A DNA stretch of 64,000 nucleotides from Macrostomum lignano (Eukaryota): positions 88,175 through 152,174 of the forward strand of contig NIVC01002657.1 in the NCBI GenBank assembly GCA_002269645.1. The letters are read 5' to 3'. The position numbers were made by a program, and so were the translations under genes. Positions within the stretch are counted from its first letter, which is position 1. Every line of letters begins with the position of its first letter. Positions 14,944 through 31,600 of the stretch are shown here, in pieces. The notes below the pieces were generated by a model. It saw only the letters and a program-made list of their open reading frames with translations, searched no databases and had not been told where the DNA came from.

Positions 14944-15413
14944 ACGGTAACCGGTCGTTTCGCCCAAAAACTGTTTCGGCCATGGACATTTCGCCCCCAG
15001 ACCATTTCGCCCACAGACGTTTCGCCCACAGACCGTTTTCGGCCATGGACCGTTTCGCCTCCAATTCGGACCATGCAGGGTTGAAATGAACAAGTCATGA
15101 GCTGATCGAGTATGTGAAATGAGACGAAAGTGCCAAGAGCACTGACAACCAACGATAAGATTTATTATAAGCGAGGTTCAATAAGTAGCCACCCCCACTT
15201 CCAGGGCTAAAACACCAACAATCTGCATGACCTATACTCAATATTACAAATTAAAACTAAAAATTAGCATTGAAAAAAATAAAGATATATGCATTTCTGT
15301 GTCTCTAAAATACATAATGACCATTTTGGCCGAAACGCCTGCATTGCCGAACTGGTTTATGGGCGAAACAGATTATGGGCGAAATGGTCTGGGGGCGAAA
15401 CAAACGGAATTCG
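14944..15413. mobile_element. MITE-like element with inverted subterminal TTTCGCCC/GGGCGAAA repeats
   Basis: Several TTTCGCCC/TTTCGGCC copies at 14955-15060 face GGGCGAAA/GGCCGAAA copies at 15328-15402; termini degenerate. Confidence 0.55.
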
Positions 15414-17099
15414 GCGGAGATTCGACAGTGCGATTTTCCGGTTTAAGCGAGCAAACTCAACCCAGGCAGCAATTCCAAAGTTTCAAAACCGCTTCCACAT
15501 TGGTGTCAGCAACCGACGACAAAATCGTGTGTCCCAAATTGCCCCCACCTTCGATCATTCCGTTATCTTGGTGAAAGCGTTAGCGTTAAAACAAAAAATC
15601 GTAAGCTATTTTTAACTCTTAATTTTGTTAAGTTGATTAAAAATTAATTGATACATGTAATTGTTAATAAGCCTTAATTAGTCAGCGTTGACACAGAAAA
15701 TACAGGAATTTTTGCCTTTCTCAGAAAACAGACTTCAAAATAATGCAGGTCTTTAAGGCTTTTCTATCTTTTCAGCCGACAAAGATCAGGGTCATTCTAA
15801 GCCATTCAGCGATAAAAGAGTGAAAAATAATAAGTAAAAACTTGTATGCAAAAATTACTAACTGAATGTAAGCATAAGGTAAAAAAAATAAGTAACTTAT
15901 TTATTTGAAACTTGAAATAATGAATTAAAATACGACAGAAAGGTAAATGTACGTTGTTTCAAATCAGCAGAAAGTTACGAGAGATTAGAAAGAAGTGAAC
16001 CAAAAGCGATGCTCACGTGGGAGCAATATTTAAAATTTATAATTTTATTAATAAGTAAGAAGTTGTTACATGTACACTTGTACGTATCATACATGTATTT
16101 ATGATCTATCATTGTAAACAAAAAGATTAATCAGGTACTTTATACATATACATAATGCAGGTAAGTAACTTTATTCAGACTAAATATGTATTTTTCCCTT
16201 TCTTTTGATGGACTTTTTGGTCTCTCGTTGGCAGTCATTCTCGTAACGATTGTTTTTCGATAACCGACAAAATTGTTAAAGCAAATTTGTTAATCTTCCT
16301 TAAGCAAAAAAATCTTAATAACGACAGTCACGATCCGTTCACGTTGATGAAAAATCTTAACGCTATATGATTTCTGGATATGATTATTACTGTAATTAAC
16401 GGATCACGCTGGTACCCAACAGGCCAACACTGCACGCATTATATCTATGAATTAACAATGGGGGCATCTGGTACATCGACGGGAATACAAAAATTTCTAT
16501 ACCCTCTCCAAACGTCTGTTTGAAATTGAACTGGGGTTTAAAATTCAGAAATGCATGTAATGGAGCATGCATGTAAATCAAGAACACATGATGCACAATA
16601 AGAATTTAATTCCTGCGAGTCTTTTTACATTTTTTTATATTTTCCTGAGCTTCTGTACCTGCTGATTCGCCAGTGCTCCGGCTGCTCCACTACAGCATTG
16701 TCCGTCCATCAGATACTCTGTCCTTGAGCTCATATCTCATGTCTGTCTGTCCGTCGCAGGAGCTGCGTGACGGAGCCCCGTGACAGGCTGTGCACTCGAC
16801 GCTTGCATGTGTAATGGGCCTCAATAATTTCTACAAAGTAAAGTAATTGCATTTTAAAAATACTACTGTTGTTATATTACGCGAATAATAAATTTCTGAT
16901 ATTCAATATATTCTGTATATTATGTATTTTCGTGTTTTGTTTTAAATAGTAGGAAAAATTTTACTATAAAAGGAAGTCAGTTGAAGGCCAGGAAAAAACC
17001 TTGTTTGAAACTTGTTCTAGTAGTTCAGCTTTTCAAAACTGAAAGATTGGGAGAATTCAATCCGTGTTTAGAGAACGAGATATTCAGATTTAGAATCGG

Positions 17100-17900
17100 A
17101 AGAAATCGCCTTAGAAGGCAGAAATCCTACCACAGGGTAGAATGGCCCAGACTCAGGAGTCTGAGAAACCCACCTCAGGGCAGAATACTCAGCAAGTAAG
17201 CTGTTACCCCTCTGATCCCGGGAACGCCCAGGACTGAGAGAAAAAAAATTAAATTTCTTAGAGGAGTCTAGGGATAGAGTACACAGTGCCATCGGACCGC
17301 TCAGGCCATGCAGAAGTATAGTAGTACATACATACACGCTACCAGTAGATAAATTCATGCTCTACCAGTAACATATGCATATAGGAAATAATCAATAAAA
17401 GTAACAGCATGATAGGAACCATAGAAACAACTTTGGTGGCTAAACGGTGGGATTAAATAGAGAGAAGTTTAGCCCTCCAACAACTTAGTGGCAGCTTTAG
17501 GAAATTTACAGAGTAGGAATTAGAAAAAGTAGCCCTACAACCCATGCCTTGAGGTCCCCTGCCCTGCTGCCTCCACGTGGACCAGAAGGTCTTCAGGCTC
17601 ATCAGGTTGCAGCTGGCGCGGAGACTTGAAAAAATCAGAGGAGACCAAGCGCATTTTCGCCGAAATACAGAGCAGAGCCACCCCTCCGCCTCCTCCTAGC
17701 GTCCTTGGGTCTTTACCCTCCAGAATCCACACCCCCTCAACAAATGTCTGGTTGCGCGACTGATTTTATAACCAGCATGAACAGTGTGCATTTCACTAAA
17801 TTACAAATGATCATTACATATATTCGACCTACACCTATGAGCAACATCAGAAACACAAACTTTATCCACGGGTCTGTTATTACCCTTCTCCTTTATTCCC
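17100..17900 (-). mobile_element. Possible decayed LINE APE-endonuclease remnant
   Basis: Minus frame reads DKVCVSD...AGYKISR...GGGGGVALL, resembling the APE motif order (DIxxxxE, GY, GGGVA), with stops. Confidence 0.3.
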
Positions 17901-17959
17901 TCACATCTCCTTTCTCCTATCTCCCTTCCTGTCTTCTCTATACTCTCTCCGGGGTCGCC

Positions 17960-18510
17960 ATCACAAACCCGAAAAATCATAACTCCGAAAAACAAAATAG
18001 CAACGCCAATCATAAACCAGAAATATCACAAATCATCATAACCTTATGATATCATCATAACTCTGAAATCGATAGCAACGCACATCATCAACCCGAAATA
18101 TCATAACTCCGAAATCGATAGCAACGCACATCATCAACCCGAAATACCACAAACCCGAAATATCACAAACCCGAAATATCACAGACCCGAAATATCATAA
18201 CTCCGAAATCGATAGCAACGCACATCATCAACCCGAAATACCACAAACCCGAAATATCACAAACCCGAAATATCACAGACCCGAAATATCACAAACCCGA
18301 AATATCACAGACCCGAAATATCATAACTCCGAAATCGATAGCAACGCACATCATCAACCCGAAATATCACAAACCCGAAGTATCACAAGCCCAAAATATC
18401 ATAACTCCGAAAACCAAAATAGTGTTGGACATTGCTAGCAATTACGGAGTTATGATATTTCGGGTTTATGATAGAGAGCGCTTTTTGGAGTTGTGATTAT
18501 TCGGGTTTGG
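17960..18510. repeat. ~16-bp AACCCGAAATATCAC(A) repeat array with an inverted copy at 18445-18510
   Basis: Direct repeats of CCCGAAATATCA/ATAACTCCGAAA followed by CGGAGTTATGATATTTCGGG. Confidence 0.8.
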
Positions 18511-18678
18511 ATACATCATTTGGAACTATAGCTACTGCCGTACACATATACTTGGCATCTGCATCTGGACCTAACAAGGTGCTAGTGTAATATCTCTGGT
18601 ATATACATACAGGTACATATTATAGTCCCCCATTCCTCCTTTATATAATGCCTCGATACGTTTTGAAATAGAAACAAT

Positions 18679-18872
18679 GGGCCTTATGCAGAAAGCTCAG
18701 TCCAGACTAGCTAGTCCGGGCTTGGGTAGTTCAGTCTATAGTATATGGTCTAGCTACCCTAGTTCTGTCTATAGTAGATCGGTCTGACTTTGCGTTTCTG
18801 CATACCAAATCCAAGTCCAGACTAGCTTTTCAAGACCGGACTACCCTAGACAGAGCTTTCTGCATACGGCCC
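18679..18872. mobile_element. 194-bp PIF/Harbinger-type MITE
   Basis: TIR GGGCC(T/G)TATGCAGAAAGCTC, 19/20 identical at the two ends; 3-bp TSD AAT at 18676-18678 and 18873-18875. Confidence 0.75.
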
Positions 18873-19298
18873 AATATATTTCGCACAAACATTTTTATAG
18901 TTTGAGTGCCACTGCTTCATTCTGGAAATCTGGGGGGTGGGGGCAGGCTAGACTTAGAGTATCCGCTTCCTAGAAGCCGAGCAAACAAAGAGACTTCTCA
19001 ATGATGATTTCTACGGCATATACAGCGTATGCGCCTAAGAAAGCTTTCTGTCGCATGCTGGGGCACGAAAATGAATTCAAAGAAACACGCACAGAGAAAG
19101 CAGAAAGAGTGGAGAGGCTACACGAAGGAGAGATGTTAGCCAATTGGAACAAATCCTTGTTGCTAAAGTGAAATGCTATGAAGGATCTCCTGCACTGCAT
19201 AAAAATGAGAATTTTATAAAAATTATACTAATTCATACCGCTATGGTATTTCTCTGCTAGAGATATTGATAGTTTAAAACCAGGAAACCGCCATACAA

Positions 19299-22190
<2,892 letters not shown>

Positions 22191-22499
22191 CTTTGCACTA
22201 TTCTACTCAATATAATTCAAGCCGATAGTAGCCAGTTTAGCAAATTGTTTTCTTTTTCTGGTTGTACTTATGAGAAGCATTAAAAATGCAAAATATTTAC
22301 ATATTTATATTTGCCATTAATTTTGCTTTCCGATAAACAAATAAAATATTACCAGATATAAACAAACGGCTATACAATTAACGTAGCAATGCTGAGAAAT
22401 TATTTAAACGGTTGAAAATGCAGTAAAGATTTGGCTTAATAAAATTCTAGCTAATAGTGCAGAGATTTTAAACAGCAGACGGGAGCCACACCTCTGAAG

Positions 22500-23272
22500 T
22501 GTCATGGTTCAGGGAGGGTGTAGAGAACACACACCTGAAGGAGCAATGGCTCAGGGAGGGTGTAGAGAACACACACCTGAAGGAGCAATGGCTCAGGGAG
22601 GGTGTAGAGAACACACACCTGAAGGAGCAATGGCTCAGGGAGGGTGTAGAGAACACACACCTGAAGGAGCAATGGCTCAGGGAGGGTGTAGAAGACACAA
22701 CTGAAGGAGCAATGGCTCAGGGAGGGTGTAGAAGACACACAACTGAATGAGCAATGGCTCAGGGAGGGTGTAGAAGACACACACCTGAATGAGCAATGGC
22801 TCAGGGAGGGTGTAGAAGACACAACTGAATAAGCAATGGCTCAGGGAGGGTGTAGAGGACACACAACTGAATAAGCAATGGCTCAGGGAGGGTGTAGAAG
22901 ACACACCTGAACAACTGAATGAGCAATGGCTCAGGGAGGGTGTAGAAGACACACACCTGAATGAGCAATGGCTCAGGGAGGGTGTAGAAGACACAACTGA
23001 ATAAGCAATGGTTCAGGGAGGGTGTAGAGGACACACAACTGAATAAGCAATGGTTCAGGGAGGGTGTAGAAGACACACCTGAACAACTGAATGAGCAATG
23101 GCTCAGGGAGGGTGTAGAAGACACAACTGAATGAGCAATGGCTCAGGGAGGGTGTAGAAGACACAACTGAATGAGCAATGGCTCAGGGAGGGTGTAGAAG
23201 ACACACAACTGAATGAGCAATGGCTCAGGGAGGGTGTAGAAGACACAACTGAATGAGCAATGGCTCAGGGAG
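22500..23272. repeat. ~42-bp minisatellite immediately 3' of RMI2
   Basis: GCAATGGCTCAGGGAGGGTGTAGA(A/G)(G/A)ACACAC... about 18 copies with length variants. Confidence 0.95.
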
Positions 23273-23295
23273 GGCGGTCAGATGGGCTGACCTGA

Positions 23296-23730
23296 TCACA
23301 AAATCGAGCAACTCTCTTCAACTTCTGAATTCCACATATCTTCCAATAGTTCGCCGCCAAAGTCATTCAACACGGCCAATTTTACAACGTCAACTACAGC
23401 ACTGTCGGGATTGGCTGGGTCGGACAGAGAGTTGAAATCTCTAGGCAAAGAGGCCACAACTTGTACATAGTCGCCAGTCTGCAACGCTCGCTTATAGTGC
23501 AGCACATTGGGCAGCAGGGGCACTCTCAGCCTGCCAGTGCCATCGTCCAGTACGAACAGATCGTCAGCCAGCATAGCTGAAACCCGGCCCTGCAGCCAGG
23601 CCATGCTGAACTGCAACTCTCGGCCTTCGTGTCTGACGCACCAAGTCGATTCAGAGGCTCCATTGGATAGAGTGCAACCAGACAGCAGATGGGAAATCCA
23701 CAGTTTACGGACTGGCAGCATTAGCGGCAT
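23296..23730 (-). CDS. RMI2: RecQ-mediated genome instability protein 2-like (OB fold), single exon, 144 aa
   Basis: LPVRKL, AWLQGRV, LDDGTG, GDYVQVV, VKLAVL and MWNSEVEE align with the RMI2 motifs PPVKVL, VWMQGRV, LRDPSG, GKYVMV, AVKMTDL, MWELEVED. First ATG at 23730. Confidence 0.85.
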   Translation of the reverse strand: MPLMLPVRKLWISHLLSGCTLSNGASESTWCVRHEGRELQFSMAWLQGRVSAMLADDLFVLDDGTGRLRVPLLPNVLHYKRALQTGDYVQVVASLPRDFNSLSDPANPDSAVVDVVKLAVLNDFGGELLEDMWNSEVEESCSIL

Positions 23731-23844
23731 GATGCGGATTGTTTTGGTTGAAGACGCCAATTATTTAGTATGAGAGAATCTGTAAAGTATAAATTGAAAG
23801 TATCTTTGAAAAGGCTGAGTAGCTTAACTAAAACGGCTAGGATT

Positions 23845-24600
23845 AACTTTTAATAAACCTTAGCGCTTCTAAAAATAAAACGGATATGTTTTCCTTTTAA
23901 TAAACCTCGGCGCTTCTAAAAATAAAACCGATAGGTTTCCCTTTTAATAAACCTCGGCGCTGCTAAAAAATAAAACGGGTGGGATTTCCTTCTAATAAAC
24001 CTCGGCGCAGCTAAAAATAGAACGGATGGGATTCCCTTTTAATAAACCACGGCGAAGCTAAAAATAGAACGGATGGGATTCCCTTTGAGTAAACCTCGAC
24101 GAAGCTAAAAATAAAACGGATGGGATTTCCTTTGAGTAAACCTCGACGAAGCTAAAAATAGAACGGATGGGATTCCCTTTGAGTAAACCTCGACGAAGCT
24201 AAAAATAGAACGGATGGGATTTCCATCTTACAAACTTTGGAGCTAAAAATAGAGCGGATAGGGTTTCCATCTAGGAAAACTTGGCGCTGATAAAAATATA
24301 ACGGATGGGATTCCCTTCTATACTAATAAACCTCGAGGGAGCTAAAATTAAAACGGATAGGACTTCCTTCTATTAAACCTCGGCGCAATAAAAATAGAAC
24401 GGATGAAATTTTCTTCTAATAAACCTCAGTGAAGCCTAAAATAGAACGAATGGGATTCCCTTCTAAAACACCTCGATGCAGCTAAAAATAGAATGGATGG
24501 GATTTCATTAAAAAAAACCGTGATGGAGCTAAAAGTTGAACGGATAGGATTTCCCTTCTTTTACACACCACAGAGCTAAAATAGAAAAAGTTGAACTGAG
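23845..24600. repeat. ~48-bp tandem repeat in the EXD2-RMI2 spacer
   Basis: AATAAACCTCGGCG...CTAAAAATAGAACGGATGGGATTCCCTTT, ~15 copies decaying rightwards. Confidence 0.9.
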
Positions 24601-25189
24601 CGAAGTTCCCACTAAAAACTCACGCCAGGCTAAAATAGAGAGGATGTAAATTTTAACTCGATTAACATTCTGCGAAGCCAGATTACTGATTTAAATTCCC
24701 CTCCATTACACTGCATTCCGTAAAGCAAAAAATAGAATCTAAGGGAAATTCTCCTTTCAAGCATTCAAGACTTTTGAAACAGAAATAAAAATGATTTCTC
24801 AAAATATCTTTACATTAAAAGTCCAAAAAAGTATAAAAGAGTCCAAAAGTCAACTAGACAAAACCAGCCAAATTTTAACTAATTTAAAATATCTTGTTGA
24901 CCCTAACAGTATTAATAAAAAACGTTTTTTTCAACTGAATATAATTTTTGTACATAAGCAAATAGTACAAAGTGAAACTTACATGTACTTTGAAGAAAAG
25001 TCACGATTATAAATAGAACTTTGCAGTCACTTTTTAAACAGATCTTTGCAGACCTAAAAAATTACAAATATAAAGACAGACACGCACACAAATTTGCTAG
25101 CGCTTAACTATACTGAATGTTTTTTAAACAAAAAATTAAAAAGTAAATAATTGTGAGAATGCCTTAGCAAAAAAAATATTTGGACAGCA

Positions 25190-25625
25190 CTAAATTGGCG
25201 CCTCAATATAATCTTGGCGCCTCAATAATAATCTTGGCGCCTTATTAATTACCTTGGCACCTCAATAATAATCTTGGCGCCTCAATAATAATCTTGGCGC
25301 CTTATTAATTACCTTGGCACCTCTATAATAATCTTGGCGCCTCAATAATAATCATGGCGCCTCATTAATTACCTTGGCGCCTCAAAAATAATCTTGGCAC
25401 CTCAATAATAATCTTGGCGCCTCAATAATAATCATGGCGCCTCATTAATTACCTTGGCGCCTCAAAAATAATCTTGGCGTCTCAATAATAACATCGGCGC
25501 TTCAATAACTAATCTTGGCGCCTCAATAACAATTCTGGCGCCTCATTAACAATTCTGGCGCCTCATTAACAATTCTGGCGCCTCATTAACAATATTAGCG
25601 CCTCATTAATAATCTATTGGCGCCT
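25190..25625. repeat. 19-20-bp repeat (CTTGGCGCCTCAATAATAAT) just 3' of EXD2
   Basis: About 22 copies. Confidence 0.9.
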
Positions 25626-25665
25626 CAACTCCATTTTGACGCTTCAAAACAGCCAATTTGACAGC

Positions 25666-28600
25666 TCAGTCATCGGGCTCGCCATTAACCAGCTGCTCCA
25701 GTTTGGGCCGCAGCAGCTCATGTTGATGTTCAACCGACCAACCCTCCGGCAGGTACTTCGGTTTCATGCTAGTCAAAAAATGGTCTCTCCATCGCCGCTC
25801 CAGCTCCAACAGGCGACCGCTGTCCAGGCACTTCTGTACAACAATCCGAGCTAACTGGCTGGACTGTTGGGCAGGAGTTTTGGCTGCCGATGCCACTATA
25901 GCTTGCAGCTTTTCTATAGGGATCGAATTGATGGAATCCTCGTCTTCATCGTCAGAATCTTCTGCATCGGTGGTTAAGTCCGTAGCAATTATTTGTTTTA
26001 GCTCGCTGGAAATCTCTGTTAGTCTGGCCTCGGGAATATTGGCCTTGCCGCTAGCGTGGGCCAGCAATGCTTTGGCCAGGCTTTTGGCTCTCTGGTCTGC
26101 CGCCACCGTGTGCGATGCCTGGCGGTCAAGTGCGAGTTTAATGGGAATATACTGACATGATCCTCACTGTGACATGATCCTCACTGTGACATGATCCTCA
26201 CTGTGACATGATCCTCACTGTGACATGATCCTCACTGTGACATGATCCTCACTGTGACATGATCCTCACTGTGACATGATCCTCACTGTGACATGATCCT
26301 CACTGTGACATGATCCTCACTGTGACATGATCCTCACTGTGACATGATCCTCACTGTGACATGATCCTCACTGTGACATGATCCTCACTGTGACATGATC
26401 CTCACTGTGACATGATCCTCACTGTGACATGATCCTCACTGTGACATGATCCTCACTGTGACATTATCCTCCCTGTGACATGATCCTCACTGTGACATGA
26501 TCATCACTGTGACATGATCCTCAGTGCCATGATCCTCATTGTGACATGATCCTCATTGTGACATGATCCTCAGTGCCATGATCCTCACTGTGACATGATC
26601 CTCACTGTGACATGATCCTCAGTGCCATGATCCTCATTGTGACATGATCCTCAGTGCCATGATCATCAGTGACATGATCCTCACTGTAACATAATCCTCA
26701 CTGTGACATGATCCTCACTGTGACGTGATCCTCACTGTGACATGATCGTCACTGTGACATGATCCTCACTGTGACATGATCCTCACTGTGGCATGATCCT
26801 CAGTGACATGATCCTCACTGTGACATGATCCTCACTGTGACATTATCCTCCCTGTGACATGATCCTCACTGTGACATGATCCTCATTGTGACATGATCCT
26901 CAGTGCCATGATCCTCACTGTGACATGATCCTCACTGTGACATGATCCTCACTGTGACATGATCCTCACTGTAACATGATCCTCACTGTGGCATGATCCT
27001 CAGTGCCATGATCCTCATTGTGACATGATCCTCATTGTGACATGATCCTCAGTGCCATGATCCTCACTGTGACATGATCCTCACTGTGACATGATCCTCA
27101 CTGTGACATGATCCTCACTGTGACATGATCCTCACTGTGACATGATCCTCACTGTAACATGATCCTCACTGTGGCATGATCCTCAGTGCCATGATCCTCA
27201 TTGTGACATGATCCTCATTGTGACATGATCCTCAGTGCCATGACCCTCACTGTGACATGATCCTCACTGTGACATGATCCTCACTGTGACATGATCCTCA
27301 GTGCCATGATCCTCATTGTGACATGATCCTCAGTGCCATGATCCGCATTGTGACATGATCCTCACTGTAACATAATCCTCACTGTGACATGATCCTCACT
27401 GTGGCATGATCCTCAGTGACATGATCCTCACTGTGACATGATCCTCACTGTGACATGATCCTCACTGTGGCATGATCCTCAGTGACATGATCCTCACTGT
27501 GACATGATCCTCACTGTGACATTATCCTCCCTGTGACATGATCCTCACTGTGACATGATCGTCACTGTGACATGATCCTCAGTGCCATGATCCTCATTGT
27601 GACATGATCCTCAGTGCCATGATCCTCATTGTGACATGATCCTCACTGTGACATGATCCTCACTGTAACATGACCCTCACTGTGACATGATCCTCACTGT
27701 GACATGATCCTCCCTGTGACATGATCCTCAGTGCCATGATCCTCACTGTGACATGATCCTCACTGTGGCATGATCCTCACTGTGACATGATCCTCAGTGA
27801 CTTGATCCTCACCGTGACATGATCCTCAGTGCCATGATCATCAGTGACATGATCCTCACTGTGACATGATCCTCACTGTGACGTGATCCTCACTGTGACA
27901 TGATCGTCACTGTGACATGATCCTCACTGTGACATGATCCTCACTGTGGAATGATCTTCAGTGACATGATCCTCACTGTGACATTATCCTCCCTGTGACA
28001 TGATCCTCACTGTGGCATGATCCTCAGTGACATGATCCTCACTGTGACATTATCCTCCCTGTGACATGATCCTCACTGTGACATGATCGTCACTGTGACA
28101 TGATCCTCAGTGCCATGATCCTCATTGTGACATGATCCTCAGTGCCATGATCCTCATTGTGACATGATCCTCACTGTGATATGATCCTCACTGTAACATG
28201 ACCCTCACTGTGACATGATCCTCACTGTGACATGATCCTCACTGTGACATGATCCTCAGTGACATGATCCTCACTGTGACATGATACTCACTGTGACATG
28301 ATCCTTACTGTGACATGATCCTCACTGAGACATGATCCTTGCTGTGACATGATTCTTACTGTGATATGATCCTCACTGTGACACTGAGGGCGATTCTCAT
28401 TTGTGACACTAAGGGCGATTCTAAGAGTGATTCGAATGCAGTTCAAAAACCGCAGAACCACGCGACCCTACCATCTCCAGCCCGAACTCGTGGATCAGCT
28501 CCTTCTTAAAGGCCTCAGTATGCCTCTCGCTAATCGCATGGCAGCGGCCGCATAGCAACAAAATATCGTGCGACTTGTGCGACTTCAACAGCTCAGGAAA

Positions 28601-31600
28601 GTGCCGCCTAAACTCCTCGGGAACAATTTTCTTTCGCTGAAGTCCCTGGATAGAGCCGCACACAACGCAACGGTTGTCGCGTTCGGCCAGGTAATAAGCT
28701 TGATCGCCTCGAGGCCGTCCGCTCGGTTCGAAATTTAACCGAATGATTAGTATCGGGTCTGTGGACACCACAGTTGCCAGGCCGCGCTCCGTGTACCAAT
28801 CCGCTTTGCGTCTGAAGTTCGAAGTTGTGAGGGCGATTTTAGAGGCTGTTTGGGGGCGATTTCTCAAGGTGGTGAGGGCGATTTTAGAGGCGGTTTGGGG
28901 GCGATTTCTCAAGGTTGTGAGGGCGATTTTAGAGGCGGTTTGGGGGCGATTTCTCAAGGTGGTGAGGGCGATGTTAGAGGCTGTTTGGGGGCGATTTCTC
29001 AAGGTGGTAAGGGCGATTTTAGAGACTGTTTGGGGGCGATTTCTCAAGGTTGTGAGGGCGATTTCTCAAGGTTGTGAGGACGATTTCTAGACCTATTGAG
29101 ACCGATTTTAACACGAATTCAAGGATAAACTGAGATCAATAACTCACTTATCCAGAGTGCACATCAATTCATCGTCTGGCGCCAACATTTGGCAATTATG
29201 ATAGAGCGGATTCTGTCTGGCAAATTTTGGCAATTTTTTATTCAACTGTGTCACAGTTGGGCCGGGAAAGTCTGTTTGACGTTGCTGTTGACCAGCTGGT
29301 CCAGTCGTGTGCTTGACGTCGATAAACTGTGTGCACAGATTCTCAACACTTTCCCCAATCAGTATGGACATTTCAACAGCCAGCATAGCGCCAGTGATAG
29401 CGTCTAGCGCAGAGTAGAGAACTTGTTGCTTAGTTAGGCAAGGCAACTCCCAGTCTGTTCGAGCGACCCACTGCAGTTTGAAATAGTCTACGCTTAACAT
29501 GTGGTTGGCTAGGGGCTTCAGGCCGCGACGGTGGCAGACCAAATCTGGCGGCAGACGGTCGGCCAGGTGACGGAGGTCCACCCAGCCGGAGAGGTCGCAG
29601 CCAAGATCGAAGGCCTGCGGGGCGGTAGGGGATCAGAGGGGTGTGTGAGGCCATTGTAAGGGCTGGTGTCTGAGGCAATTACAAGGACTGGTGTCTGAGG
29701 CGATTCTAAGGTGTCTGAGGGGATTGTAAGGTGTCTGAGGCGATTGTAAGGTGTCTGAGGCGATTGTAATGTGTCTGAGACGATTGTAAGGTGTCTGAGG
29801 CGATTGTAAGGTGTCTGAGGCGATTGTAAGGTGTCTGAGGCGATTGCAAGGTGTCTGAGGGGATTGTAAGGTGTCTGAGGCGATTGTAAGGTGTCTGAGA
29901 CGATTGTAAGGTGTCTGAGGCGATTGTAAGGTGTCTGAGGCGATTGTAAGGTGTCTGAGGCGATTGTAAGGTGTCTGAGGGGATTGTAAGGTGTCTGAGG
30001 CGATTGTAAGGTGTCTGAGGCGATTTTAAGGTGTCTGAGGCGATTACAAGGACTGGTGTCTGAGGCGATTCTAAGGTGTCTGAGGCGATTTTAAGGTGTC
30101 TGAGACGATTGTAAGGTGTCTGAGGGAATTGTAAGATGTCTGAGGGGATTGTAAGGTGTCTGAGGCGATTGTAAGGTGCCTGAGGGGATTTTAAGGTGTC
30201 TGAGGCGATTGTAAGGTGTCTGAGGCGATTGTAAGGTGTCTGAGGCGATTGTAAGGTGCCTGAGGGGATTGTAAGATGTCTGAGGGGATTGTAAGGTGTC
30301 TGAGGCGATTGTAAGGTGCCTGAGGGAATTGTAAGATGTCTGAGGGGATTGTAAGGTGTCTGAGGCGATTGTAAGGTGCCTGAGGGAATTGTAAGGTGCC
30401 TGAGGGGATTGTAAGGTGTCTGAGGCGATTGTAAGGGCTGGTGTCTGAGGCGATTGTAAGGTGTCTAAGGCGATTGTAAGGTGTCTGAGGGAATTGTAAG
30501 ATGTCTGAGGGGATTGTAAGGTGTCTGAGGCGATTGTAAGGTGCCTGAGGGGATTTTAAGGTGTCTGAGGCGATTGTAAGGTGTCTGAGGCGATTGTAAG
30601 GTGTCTGAGGCGATTGTAAGGTGCCTGAGGGGATTGTAAGATGTCTGAGGGGATTGTAAGGTGTCTGAGGCGATTGTAAGGTGCCTGAGGGAATTGTAAG
30701 ATGTCTGAGGGGATTGTAAGGTGTCTGAGGCGATTGTAAGGTGCCTGAGGGAATTGTAAGGTGCCTGAGGGGATTGTAAGGTGTCTGAGGCGATTGTAAG
30801 GGCTGGTGTCTGAGGCGATTGTAAGGTGTCTAAGGCGATTGTAAGGTGTCTGAGGGAATTGTAAGATGTCTGAGGGGATTGTAAGGTGTCTGAGAAAATA
30901 GTAAGGTGTCTGAGGAGACTGTAAGGTGCCTGAGGGGATTTTAAGGTGTCTGAGGCGATTGTAAGGTGTCTGAGGCGATTGTAAGGTGTCTGAGGCGATT
31001 GTAAGGTGCCTGAGGGAATTGTAAGATGTCTGAGGGGATTGTAAGGTGTCTGAGAAAATAGTAAGGTGTCTGAGGAGACTGTAAGGTGCCTGAGGGATTG
31101 TAAGGTGTCTGAGGCGATTGTAAGGTGTCTGAGGCGATTGTAAGGTGCCTGAGGGAATTGTAAGATGTCTGAGGGGATTGTAAGGTGTCTTAGAAAATAG
31201 TAAGGTGTCTGAGGAGACTGTAAGGTGCCTGAGGGGATTTTAAGGTGTCTGAGGCGATTGTAAGGTGTCTGAGGCGATTGTAAGGTGTCTGAGGCGATTG
31301 TAAGGTGCCTGAGGGAATTGTAAGATGTCTGAGGGAATTGTAAGATGTCTGAGGGGATTGTAAGGTGTCTGAGGAGACTGTAAGGTGCCTGAGGGGATTG
31401 TAAGGTGTCTGAGGCGATTGTAAGGGCTGGTGTCTGAGGCGATTGTAAGGTGTCTAAGGCGATTGTAAGGGCTGGTGTCTGAGGCGATTGTAAGGTGTCT
31501 GAGGGGATTGTAAGGTGTCTGAGGCGATTGTAAGGTGTCTGAGACGATTGTAAGGTGTCTGAGGCGATTGTAAGGTGTCTGAGGCGATTGTAAGGTGTCT

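Noticed and set aside
22468-23164. Repetitive ORFs and a CRISPR-like look of the 42-bp array
   Set aside because: Units are contiguous with no unique spacers, there are no cas genes, and the context is eukaryotic.
28421-29047. 208-aa ORF as a standalone gene
   Set aside because: Its N-terminal part is intron-3 repeat; only 28811-28472 is EXD2 exon 4.
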